Source: a bacterium (lineage in GTDB: Bacteria > Patescibacteriota > Patescibacteriia > JACQRZ01). From it: 64,000 nt of DNA. Below are positions 7,516 through 16,459 of this stretch, piece by piece. Position 1 is the first letter of the stretch, and every line of letters begins with the position of its first letter. The translations under genes were made by a program, and so were the position numbers. The notes under the pieces are model-generated. The model did no database searches. It was not told the origin of the DNA and worked only from the letters and a program-made list of their open reading frames with translations. Location of the stretch: NCBI GenBank assembly GCA_023246095.1, contig JAHFJA010000001.1, positions 1,062 to 65,061 of the forward strand, given 5' to 3'.

Positions 7516-9780
7516 TTACAAATTCCCTGCTGGAATCTTTTCCAAGTCCTTATTTGTAATACCGATACTGTAATTACGCATTAACTTATAGGCTTCATCC
7601 CCATTTTTCAGATAATAACGCAATCCAGTTTTTGGATAGACGTACCATGCCTCTCCTTTTGATTGAACTTGAAGCAATATCTTCCCTTTTACATCTTTCA
7701 TTGTTGTTGGATAAGCTTTCTTTTCACCTACTTGTGGTAATCGTTTCAAGTCAGTATTCGTAATACCAACCCCAAATTTTCGCATCATGCTATAAGCAGA
7801 CGCACCATCTTTCATATAGTATCTTTTCCCATCTATCGGATTCACATACCATGCTTCACCTTTGGATTCGGTCTGAAGTAAAATATATCCTTTAAGTTTA
7901 TTTTGTAAGTTTTTATCAATGGATTTATTGTTTGTGCTAGCCGATGGATTATTTTGTCCTGACCCGTTACTATCGGCAATAAATAGATTCAATGAATTAA
8001 GAGTATTTAAATCAATATTTTCTAACACAGATGACACTCGTGAATAAGAATTACTACTGCCAGAGTCATAGACATAGCTAGATCCATTGATCCAGCTATT
8101 TACTTTATTTACAGACAAAAGATATCCCATAGAGTTAAGGCTACCTTTTACCACTGCCGATGGTATACCAATAAATGTGCCATTTTTAAGATAAGCACCG
8201 CCACCCGAATTGCCGTGTTCGATGATTGCAGTAGTTTTCAAGTAATTGCCATCAACACCACTAAAATCACCACTAGTATATGTTATTTTCGTACCAAACT
8301 TTGCTGGGTACCCATACGTTGTAATCTTGTCACCCAAACCAAGGTTACTACTGTTACTATTTCCAAGACTAATATAAGTAAGAATCCTATTTGTAGGATT
8401 TCTCAATTTTAATATTGCGACGTCTGTATCGCTTGATACTTTGTAAATATCGGCAATTTGTCTATCACCAAAGTACGGTTCATCATTGTAATTATCAATA
8501 AAACCAACCAAACATCCTGGAGTACCATCAACAACATGTTTATTTGTCAAAATTGTTCCGCTTGAATCAATAACCGTACCAGAACCCTGGCTTGCCATGG
8601 TTTTATCAATAGGACAAATAAGTTTGACAGTAGCTCTGATGATTGTACTTTGATTGGCAATTCCCAAATCTTCGGTCGGCGTTTGTAATTTTGGTTGATT
8701 TGGTGCAACACAGTATTGGGATGTTGGAGGCGATGCCGTTTCAACAGACGAACAATCAAATGTTTTAGTACAGCTTCTTGTTTGTATTCCTTGAGGTGAG
8801 CATGATCCCCAATCACCACATTGCCATGTATCTACAGAACAAGATGGCGCAGTATATGGCGGGACATAAGTGCAAGATTGAGTCGAAGAAGGCGAAGGTG
8901 TACCCCCTACACAATTTGATATTTTATTACAAGATCTGTTCTGAATTCCATTAGCGGCACAAGATCCCCAGCTACTACAAGACCAATCGTCTGTCGTACA
9001 GGTTAAAATAGGAGTACAACTTTGACTTAAAATTGGATTTCCACCTATACAACTAGACGGGGACGATGACACAACGGTGCGAGACTGTTGCCCCTGTGGA
9101 GAACATGCCCCCCAATCAGAATATTTAAAAGATCCGCACGCTGGTGCTAACACATTTACATCAAATGAAGGACTTTGGTAACCATTATTTTGATTACTAC
9201 TTCCGTAATATACCTTTAACGTGTTTGTTCCTATCTTAAAATAACTATTAGCCGTTGATAAAACAATCCTCGCATCCGACCAACTGGCTACAGGTAAAGC
9301 ACTTGCGTATCCTCCTACACTTAAATTTACCACTTTCCCTGCTTCAGAATTGTTAAATCCTTCTCCGTTTATTTCCAATTGATCACCAAGTGTGAGTTGT
9401 GAAGGATAAGAAGTGATCTTAAGTGAAACAAGTAGCTGGCTGGTTCCATAGACAACTCCGTCACTAGCAATAACCTTTATGTTGGCTAAACCCTCAACTT
9501 GAGGCGGGACAGTTACCGAGATAGAATCTTGTCCCCATGACGTGATTGTCGCAGGAGTATCATTTAATAAAACACTTCCTTGTGTTGTTCCAAATCCGTT
9601 TGGACATCCATTGTTATTAACTACATTAATATTAAAATCAGAGATTCTGCCAGTACCCCATGTTATATTATTTTCCGTGATAAACTGACATGGGGCTGCC
9701 ATTGCGGTTTTTGTAGCCACAGAACCAAGAGATATAAATATGATTCCGACAGCAAATAACAGAAAAAAATATTTTTTCAT
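7516..9780 (-). CDS. Secreted trypsin-like (S1) serine protease with three thrombospondin-type-1-like Cys repeats and two C-terminal ~55-aa tandem repeats.
   Basis: Signal peptide MKKYFFLLFAVGIIFISLGSVATKTAMA. Repeats W(G/S)xCSPQGxQxRxC x3. Catalytic triad contexts TNKHVV, DTDVAIL, GNSGGG. C-terminal repeats GEAWYVxPxxGxRYYxKxG...GITNxDLxxxP x2. Confidence 0.7.
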   Translation of the reverse strand: MKKYFFLLFAVGIIFISLGSVATKTAMAAPCQFITENNITWGTGRISDFNINVVNNNGCPNGFGTTQGSVLLNDTPATITSWGQDSISVTVPPQVEGLANIKVIASDGVVYGTSQLLVSLKITSYPSQLTLGDQLEINGEGFNNSEAGKVVNLSVGGYASALPVASWSDARIVLSTANSYFKIGTNTLKVYYGSSNQNNGYQSPSFDVNVLAPACGSFKYSDWGACSPQGQQSRTVVSSSPSSCIGGNPILSQSCTPILTCTTDDWSCSSWGSCAANGIQNRSCNKISNCVGGTPSPSSTQSCTYVPPYTAPSCSVDTWQCGDWGSCSPQGIQTRSCTKTFDCSSVETASPPTSQYCVAPNQPKLQTPTEDLGIANQSTIIRATVKLICPIDKTMASQGSGTVIDSSGTILTNKHVVDGTPGCLVGFIDNYNDEPYFGDRQIADIYKVSSDTDVAILKLRNPTNRILTYISLGNSNSSNLGLGDKITTYGYPAKFGTKITYTSGDFSGVDGNYLKTTAIIEHGNSGGGAYLKNGTFIGIPSAVVKGSLNSMGYLLSVNKVNSWINGSSYVYDSGSSNSYSRVSSVLENIDLNTLNSLNLFIADSNGSGQNNPSASTNNKSIDKNLQNKLKGYILLQTESKGEAWYVNPIDGKRYYMKDGASAYSMMRKFGVGITNTDLKRLPQVGEKKAYPTTMKDVKGKILLQVQSKGEAWYVYPKTGLRYYLKNGDEAYKLMRNYSIGITNKDLEKIPAGNL

Positions 9781-9916
9781 AATGTTATTAATATAGTTTA
9801 CTTGCTATTAATATGACACAAAAGATTGTCCAAGACAATAGCTCTACAATAGATTAGTGTGCCCGTTTCTTTCTTGCAAACTCTGCTCAAAAAGCATATC
9901 GTTAGTAATACAAAGA

Positions 9917-10061
9917 CATGGCGGAAGGGGGGTGTGGGGGGAATTCCGCCATGTACCAATCCGGCGTCCGTCTCCGCCAGTTGGCGGATAATGGAGGCGC
10001 ATCAAAATTCCGCGTCTGGATTCTCTTGAAAAAAAGTTCGGATTTTGTTCAAGAGAGACAG
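9917..10061. repeat. IR-A': right copy of the 145-bp perfect inverted repeat.
   Basis: Exact reverse complement of 4432-4576. Confidence 0.9.
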
Positions 10062-10185
10062 GTGTGTGTATATGCCCCCTCTTTCGCCCCCTTTGGGGGC
10101 TTGAGAGTTTTGAAACCCAATTGAACCCAACCCCATTTTTCCCCTGAATTCAAAAACAAAATCCCATGGTTTAGTAAAATCCACT
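10062..10185. repeat. IR-C: left copy of a ~124-bp near-perfect inverted repeat flanking the recombinase gene; partner at 11631..11753.
   Basis: Reverse complement matches 11631-11753 with about 3 mismatches or indels. Contains ccccctctttcgccccctttggggg. Confidence 0.85.
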
Positions 10186-10193
10186 TTCCGCCT

Positions 10194-11813
10194 ATGGCGG
10201 AAATATCCAAAGCGACACACAATATAATTCATATAGCCACCTCTAATATGAATACGTTCTTTCTCTACGCTCGCAAATCAACGGATGAACCTGACAGGCA
10301 GATCCTTTCCATTGAGGCACAAATAACCGAACTTCGTGAATTTGCCCAGCGAGAACATCTTGATATCGTGGATACCTTTATTGAATCGCAAACAGCCAAA
10401 GAACCAGGGCGCCCCATATTCAACAAAATGCTTGATCGTGTAGAGAAAGGCGGTGCTAATGGTATTTTGGCGTGGCATCCTGATAGACTTGCTCGCAACA
10501 GTGTGGACGGAGGGCGTGTAATCTATCTCACCGACACGAGAAAGCTTGTCGACCTCAAATTCCCCACCTTTTGGTTTGATGCCACGCCACAGGGCAAATT
10601 CATGCTCAATATCGCATTTGGACAGTCAAAGTACTATGTAGATAATCTCTCGGAGAATGTAAAACGAGGATTACGGCAAAAAGTACGGCGAGGCGAACAG
10701 GTCGGACGAGCACCGATGGGATATCTCAATGATCTTGTGACAAAGAAGATGATACCTGATCCCCAACACTGTCGCCTCATCCGAAAAGTATTTGAGCTGT
10801 ATGCGACAGGCAATTATTCTCTCAAATCCCTCCGAGAGATTATCTTTGACGAAGGATTGATGAGTGGAACAGGCAAAAAGCTCTCTATTTCCATGATACA
10901 AAAAATCCTCACCAATCCATTTTATTATGGTGCGTTTCTCTTTAACGGAGAGCTTTTTGCGGGTACTCATGAACCATGCGTGTCAAAGAAACTGTTTGGG
11001 CAAGTACAAGCAATCCTGACAAGCAAGACAAATCCGAAAAAACGAGGCGAGAAGCAGTATCCACTTCGAGGTTTATTTATCTGTGGCGAGTGCGGATGCA
11101 GTATCACATCAGAAACACACAAAGGACATGACTACTATCGTTGTACCAAGAAAAAGGATGTAAAATGCTCGCAAAAATATATTCGCGAAGAGCTTCTCGC
11201 CCAACAACTATCAGAGATGATACAATCAGTTTCTTTACCCACAGATTGGGCAGAAAATATGCTTGAACAACTGGAAACAGACGAAACAAGTACCGCCCAA
11301 TCTGATGTCCTTTTCGCTCAAACCATTAAGGATCAGATAAAAATGTGTGAAACAAAACTGGATACCCTGCTGGACGCGCACCTTGAGCAGGTCATAACAA
11401 GGGATGAATATACCAGCAAGAAAAACAAGGTGATGTCTCAAAAAATGGATTTGGAGCAAACACTAAATGAATTTGAGCGAAAGGGCAACGCATGGCTCGA
11501 ACGCACTCGTGCGTTCATAAATACCGCTAATCAAGCGGAAAAAGTCGCTTTGGATGAAAATTTGTTTGCAAAAAAAGATTTTCTAAAAAAACACGGCTCG
11601 AACCGCCTCCTCGCCGACAAAACGGCTCGGGTGGATTTTACCAAACCATGGGATTTTGTTTTTGAATTCAGGGAAAAAATGGGGTTGGGTTCAATTGGGT
11701 TTCAAAACTCTCAAGCCCCCAAAGGGGGCGAAAGAGGGGGCATATACACACACCTGCGGGACATGGACTCGAACCATGATACCATCCTCCAGAGGGATGT
11801 GTCCTACCATTAG
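10194..11813 (+). CDS. Large serine recombinase (resolvase/invertase catalytic domain + recombinase domain + zinc ribbon).
   Basis: YARKSTDEPDRQILSIEAQ catalytic Ser motif. LAWHPDRLARN. GRAPMGY recombinase domain. CGECGC...YYRC zinc ribbon. The ORF reads without a stop through IR-C' into the tRNA, so the true C-terminus is uncertain. The true start may be the internal MNTFFLYARKST. Confidence 0.85.
   Translation: MAEISKATHNIIHIATSNMNTFFLYARKSTDEPDRQILSIEAQITELREFAQREHLDIVDTFIESQTAKEPGRPIFNKMLDRVEKGGANGILAWHPDRLARNSVDGGRVIYLTDTRKLVDLKFPTFWFDATPQGKFMLNIAFGQSKYYVDNLSENVKRGLRQKVRRGEQVGRAPMGYLNDLVTKKMIPDPQHCRLIRKVFELYATGNYSLKSLREIIFDEGLMSGTGKKLSISMIQKILTNPFYYGAFLFNGELFAGTHEPCVSKKLFGQVQAILTSKTNPKKRGEKQYPLRGLFICGECGCSITSETHKGHDYYRCTKKKDVKCSQKYIREELLAQQLSEMIQSVSLPTDWAENMLEQLETDETSTAQSDVLFAQTIKDQIKMCETKLDTLLDAHLEQVITRDEYTSKKNKVMSQKMDLEQTLNEFERKGNAWLERTRAFINTANQAEKVALDENLFAKKDFLKKHGSNRLLADKTARVDFTKPWDFVFEFREKMGLGSIGFQNSQAPKGGERGGIYTHLRDMDSNHDTILQRDVSYH
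11631..11753. repeat. IR-C': right copy of the ~124-bp inverted repeat; ends exactly at the 3' end of tRNA-Gln.
   Basis: Reverse complement of 10062-10185. The terminal cacacacc abuts ctgcggg (tRNA 3' acceptor strand). Confidence 0.85.
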
Positions 11814-11824
11814 ACGATCCCGCA
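11754..11824 (-). tRNA. tRNA-Gln (anticodon CUG).
   Basis: Minus strand: UGCGGGA acceptor pairs with UCCCGCA. Anticodon stem CAUCC/GGAUG with loop CUCUGGA. T-arm CAUGG-UUCGAGU-CCAUG. Discriminator G; no encoded CCA. Confidence 0.85.
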
Positions 11825-11847
11825 GTTCTAAGTACATGCGATAATTT

Positions 11848-12930
11848 TTACTCTCTCATACACCCCTTCACGATGGCGACCTCAAGCGGCAATTGAGGTA
11901 ACGAAAACCATTTTGCGTCTTTTTGCGCTGACATCCAATGGCTAATCAGCGTTAATATCTCTCCCATAGAGAGAACTGATGAAAGCTCAATAAATTTCAA
12001 GTTTGCCACTTCATCAGCATCCACCAACCCTGCCACATTATTTTTGTACAACATGATGTTGCGAAGGTACTCTATCATATCCCCCACAAAGACATCAAGA
12101 TCTACCCCATTCTCAATCAATTGATCAACGAGTGTAAGGCCTTTATGCGAGTCTTTAACACTCAGTGCATCAGCCATAGCTAATACAAGCGCATGATCAG
12201 TGCGAGGTAATATCGCGGACGCATCTTTATAAGTGATCGCATCTCCCAGTGATAAGACTTGACCTAAGAGACTCTCTGCATCACGCTGACACCCTTGAGA
12301 AAGTCGAACAATATCCTGCAACACCTCTTTCTCAATTGTCTTTTTTTCACATTTCGTGATAAACGCCAAACGAGCAAACATTTCCTTTGCAGGAATTTTT
12401 TTGAAATCAAACCGTTCACATCGAGAAATAATTGTCGCGGGAACTTTATGGAGTTCAGTAGTAGCAAATATAAACACGACATGGGCTGGCGGTTCTTCAA
12501 GAAGTTTGAGTAGTGCATTAAAGGCCGAAGTGGAAAGCATGTGCACTTCATCGATAATGAATACCTTATTGACCAACTGAGCATTAGCCACTTTCGCCGC
12601 ACCTATTATATTCTCACGCACATTATCAACCCCCGTGTGTGATGCAGCATCGATTTCAATGACATCAAGAGTACGTCGATCCAAAATCGACCGACAAGGA
12701 TCACATTCGTTACATGGCTCAGCCGTCCCAGGTTTTCGTTTTATACAATTTATGGCACGCGCAAAAACACGTGCAGTTGTTGTCTTTCCCACTGCGCGAG
12801 GTCCGGAAAACATGTATGCATGGGCAATACCTCCCGCGATGATTTCGTTTTGCAACGTCAACTTGATCGGCTCTTGCCCGATGATGTCAGCAAAAAGCTG
12901 TGGACGATAGGTTCGGTAAATTGCGCTCAT
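11848..12930 (-). CDS. dnaX: DNA polymerase III subunit gamma/tau, short form (domains I-III).
   Basis: GPRAVGKTT Walker A. Zn module CNECDPC. FIIDEVHMLS. SRCERFDF. Confidence 0.85.
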   Translation of the reverse strand: MSAIYRTYRPQLFADIIGQEPIKLTLQNEIIAGGIAHAYMFSGPRAVGKTTTARVFARAINCIKRKPGTAEPCNECDPCRSILDRRTLDVIEIDAASHTGVDNVRENIIGAAKVANAQLVNKVFIIDEVHMLSTSAFNALLKLLEEPPAHVVFIFATTELHKVPATIISRCERFDFKKIPAKEMFARLAFITKCEKKTIEKEVLQDIVRLSQGCQRDAESLLGQVLSLGDAITYKDASAILPRTDHALVLAMADALSVKDSHKGLTLVDQLIENGVDLDVFVGDMIEYLRNIMLYKNNVAGLVDADEVANLKFIELSSVLSMGEILTLISHWMSAQKDAKWFSLPQLPLEVAIVKGCMRE

Positions 12931-12932
12931 TG

Positions 12933-13853
12933 TTAGAATTTTTTAATAATATTTTCTACCGCTGCCCATCGTGATGGTTTATCGCGTGGAACCAGTATGA
13001 CAACTTCGTCACCAATCACCCCTTTGAAGTATGTCACACTTGCAGTGATCACGCGCCATGAACGCCCTTCTCCTGTGACCATGAATGTATGAGTCTCAGG
13101 ATCAGTTTCGAGAATCCCTACAACACGACGACGTGCGGCAGGTCCTATCTGCTTATATATAAACGAGCCATTGTGACTGATATTGAGTTTAAGTACGTCT
13201 CCTTCAACCAGCTTTGATTTGGATGCGTAGTTTGGTGGAATTGAATACTGTTTTCCATCCGGTCCCACCATCCCCTGTCCATCAAAAATTCCCTCAATAG
13301 CATTCTCATCATCTTCCCCCACTTCATGTTCGTGAGATGGTGTGTGATGAGGAGGAACATTTGTTGGATGATACGTATGGCGCGTCGTATCAATCGCCAT
13401 ACCGGGCACTAATTGAGACAATGGATGATTGTCTCTGTCCGGATGAGGAGCTAGGTGGCCTCCTTGTTCGTCATGTATCAGATCAATCGCTTTTTGAACG
13501 TTTCTTTTTATATCTTCAAGAGTATGTTTCAAAAGCTCAAGACGAGGGCTGGGATGCGAAGGCGCTTGCTCATGAGGATGTTCGTGATGGTCATGGAGGG
13601 GTGCCGGCTTCTCTTCTGGCACGGCCACCGTGGGCATATCATGTTCAATCTCAAGAAGCGCTTCATCGAGGCTTCTCATGCCTGATTCCTGAGTGGCAGC
13701 GACCGGTTGTGGGGGCAACGAAGTGGATACAGACGGCGCCAATTCCTCAACGCGTTCAGGCTCGGGGACTATTGATGCGGTAGGCGATACATTATCAGAT
13801 ACTGAACTTTGAACATTTTGCTGTTTAGGAAAAAACCAGAAGGAGTCCGACAT
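12933..13853 (-). CDS. Hypothetical protein, His/Pro-rich low-complexity N-half and a ~120-aa C-terminal globular domain.
   Basis: 306-aa ORF whose stop overlaps the dnaX start. HDHHEHPHEQAPSHP tracts. Confidence 0.45.
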   Translation of the reverse strand: MSDSFWFFPKQQNVQSSVSDNVSPTASIVPEPERVEELAPSVSTSLPPQPVAATQESGMRSLDEALLEIEHDMPTVAVPEEKPAPLHDHHEHPHEQAPSHPSPRLELLKHTLEDIKRNVQKAIDLIHDEQGGHLAPHPDRDNHPLSQLVPGMAIDTTRHTYHPTNVPPHHTPSHEHEVGEDDENAIEGIFDGQGMVGPDGKQYSIPPNYASKSKLVEGDVLKLNISHNGSFIYKQIGPAARRRVVGILETDPETHTFMVTGEGRSWRVITASVTYFKGVIGDEVVILVPRDKPSRWAAVENIIKKF

Positions 13854-13939
13854 ATCTTTTTTGTTATATTTTAGCCTTTTTGTTATTGTTTTGATCCTAG
13901 CACAGTGATGATTTTGGTCAACACCTCCCTTTTAAAATA

Positions 13940-16456
13940 CTAAAGAACGGTTTGCTTTGCACGATCAAGTATTTCTTGCTCCACGATAGTCCTATCCCGA
14001 CCATGTTTGAGACGAGATAATTGACGAATTGCCTCTGCAACGTCAAGACTACCATGAGCAGGAGCAAACGTGCGCATGTTAAACGGGCGCGCAGCAGTAC
14101 CATTGATAAGCAATCTGACATACGCATGAGTTCGTTCAATGTTTATCACGTCAAATTGATTGAACACGGGCGCCATCTGTTTTGAGACCAGCTCAGCATC
14201 ATCTACACCAACGCGAAAGTTCACAATCGTACCCACGTTTCCAAAGACTGCATCTCGTACTTTCGTATCCCCTGCTTTTGGTGTCAACTGTGCAATATAT
14301 TGGTGACCCATGGTCAGACATAACCGATATTTTCGCGCCTCAGAAAGAATCACTGCGATACTGTCGGTAATAAAGTTTTGGAACTCGTCGATATAGAGAA
14401 AGAAATCATGTCTCTCACTTTCTGGTATTTCACCGCGCGATAGTGCAGCCATGGTAATCTTACTCACCATGATGAGTCCCAACAAGTACGCATTCAAATC
14501 TCCCAATTTACCTTTACTCAATTTGACTAACAAAATCTTTTTCTCATCCATGAGTTCACGAATATTGAATGCACTGTTTTGCTGACCTATAATAGGACGC
14601 ATGATGTCATTGGCAACAAACTGGTTCAACTTTGAAGTAATATACGGCACCATATTAGCCAGTGCTGCCTCTCCTCCCGCCTTTTGCGCCTCCTTAACCC
14701 AAAAATCATGTACGACCGGATTTTTACACTTGGAAAGTTTGTATTTACGAAACTCTTCATCGGCCAACACTTTTGAGACTTCCATCAACGTAGACCCGGA
14801 CTCTGGGTCTTCCATGATCAAAAGCAACGCATTTCGCAAATATTGTTCAAACATTGGACCACCCGTCGAACGCAAATCATACAACTTATCCAATATCATG
14901 ATAAATTCATTGATAACAAACGTTTTTTGTTCAGGAAATCGAGGATCAAATTCCAATAAGTTTAAACCCTTTGGTCGTTCGTAATCAGCCGGATCAAACA
15001 AAACAACATCATCAGCGCGTTCAGGAGGGATAGTGCTCAGGATGTGATCAATTGCTTCGCCGTGAGGATCAATGAAACAGCAACCTTCACCATTACGAAT
15101 ATCTTGAACGATCATATTTTGCATGAGCGTAGTCTTTCCCGATCCTGTCATACCAATCACATACATGTGACGCCTTCGATCATCCGCACGTATGTGGACA
15201 GGAGTAATAATGCCACGATAGAGGTTTTCTCCCAGCAAGACTCCTTCCGTCGGCATATTTTGTGGTGGGGGTGCGCTTCGTGATTTGAGCCATTCAATAT
15301 TCGGCGTTTCTGTGGTGCTCAAAGGCAAATGAAAGAGACTTGCCAATTCTTCCGCATTAAGAATGAATGACTGACGATTGTCAAAATGCCGATAAATTGA
15401 GTGTTGCACGACAGACGGTTTTTTCGCTCGCTTAATTTTAATTATGGCTACCCCTGATTCCGGCCCAGTATATTGAGCAAAGGCGTTGGTTACATTGTAT
15501 ACCTGCATATCCGCAAGAGCTTGCGTTTGTGCTGAGCCAATGACACGAATATTGGTTTGAAAACCTGCCTTTGACCCTTTTTCCTCAACAGCTTTTACCA
15601 AATCCTGCTCGAGTGGAGACATACGATGCTCTGTGGGGCCGGATTTATCGCTGGATGACTTCAACGTATCCATAGTGGCCGATCCCGTCTTTTTTAAAAC
15701 TCCCCAAGCAAGATCACCCGCCGAGCCAATATTGGCAGCACTCATTGCTTTTTTTACCGTCTTGCCGTGCTGCATTTCCTTGGCAAACGCCTGTCCTTTT
15801 GATCTCCACGATGGCGGTGCGGTGCGTATCGTCATCTGAATCACAACACCTTGCCCCTGCGCTACTTGGCTCAACGCATTTGTTAGAGCATTTAATGGAT
15901 CGGAGTCCATTTTACGGTAGGTGCGTAAAGGAAAAATCCAATGTTTACTAAGTTGTAGTGCGGCTGCACTGACACCCCCATGAGGGAGAAAAATATTATA
16001 ATCAGCGGTCTCTTCAACATATGCTGACGGGTACTGAGCAAGTAATTGTTGTTCAAAAAAAGATTGAAGATAGTCGGGAACGATGACAAAAAACTTTATC
16101 AGTCCATCAATAGCAACTATTTCAAAAGTAATCTCATCTTCTCGTCCAAAAAAATATGCTTTCCATTTGTCACGGGGACGCAATGAGCCCAGTGAAAGAT
16201 ACAGCGATTCTGCAACTGCCACTACCTCTTTATATTCTCCTTTTCCCCCTTTTTCTTCCTCTTCTTCCCGCGACCCCTCTTTTGGCACTTTTATTTGAAG
16301 TATTTTTTTCTGTAAGGCATTGTGTTCGACATATCGTTGCGTGAGCACAGATCGGAGTACGGACAGCCCTAGCACTGCCACTAATGCGGCAACACCGCCC
16401 CACCATAAAACAGACAGAAGGATGTTACCCGCAATGAGGGAAATAATAATATCCAT
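13940..16456 (-). CDS. Membrane-anchored P-loop ATPase of the TraG/VirD4/TrwB (type IV coupling protein, FtsK/HerA superfamily)-like family.
   Basis: Two N-terminal TM helices. Walker A GMTGSGKTT. DPHGE. Walker B FFLYIDEFQNF. 838 aa. Confidence 0.6.
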   Translation of the reverse strand: MDIIISLIAGNILLSVLWWGGVAALVAVLGLSVLRSVLTQRYVEHNALQKKILQIKVPKEGSREEEEEKGGKGEYKEVVAVAESLYLSLGSLRPRDKWKAYFFGREDEITFEIVAIDGLIKFFVIVPDYLQSFFEQQLLAQYPSAYVEETADYNIFLPHGGVSAAALQLSKHWIFPLRTYRKMDSDPLNALTNALSQVAQGQGVVIQMTIRTAPPSWRSKGQAFAKEMQHGKTVKKAMSAANIGSAGDLAWGVLKKTGSATMDTLKSSSDKSGPTEHRMSPLEQDLVKAVEEKGSKAGFQTNIRVIGSAQTQALADMQVYNVTNAFAQYTGPESGVAIIKIKRAKKPSVVQHSIYRHFDNRQSFILNAEELASLFHLPLSTTETPNIEWLKSRSAPPPQNMPTEGVLLGENLYRGIITPVHIRADDRRRHMYVIGMTGSGKTTLMQNMIVQDIRNGEGCCFIDPHGEAIDHILSTIPPERADDVVLFDPADYERPKGLNLLEFDPRFPEQKTFVINEFIMILDKLYDLRSTGGPMFEQYLRNALLLIMEDPESGSTLMEVSKVLADEEFRKYKLSKCKNPVVHDFWVKEAQKAGGEAALANMVPYITSKLNQFVANDIMRPIIGQQNSAFNIRELMDEKKILLVKLSKGKLGDLNAYLLGLIMVSKITMAALSRGEIPESERHDFFLYIDEFQNFITDSIAVILSEARKYRLCLTMGHQYIAQLTPKAGDTKVRDAVFGNVGTIVNFRVGVDDAELVSKQMAPVFNQFDVINIERTHAYVRLLINGTAARPFNMRTFAPAHGSLDVAEAIRQLSRLKHGRDRTIVEQEILDRAKQTVL

Positions 16457-16459
16457 ATC

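Larger units (their letters stand above)
4432..11753. mobile_element. Candidate integrated or invertible element: nested inverted-repeat modules [IR-A cargo IR-A'][IR-C serine recombinase IR-C'] inserted next to tRNA-Gln.
   Basis: Two pairs of long inverted repeats, a large serine recombinase, AT-rich cargo (by eye) with defence-like and secreted-protease genes, and tRNA adjacency. Confidence 0.5.

Noticed and set aside
10002-10232. 76-aa minus-strand ORF upstream of the recombinase
   Set aside because: It is the IR-C mirror image of the recombinase ORF's read-through tail, not an independent gene.
11754-11824. Duplication of the tRNA-Gln 3' end at the far side of the element (attL/attR)
   Set aside because: I looked near 4380-4440 and 9900-10060 and found no tRNA-derived direct repeat. 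The element is bounded by inverted repeats instead.
12264-12910. ORFs overlapping dnaX on both strands
   Set aside because: They are embedded in dnaX.
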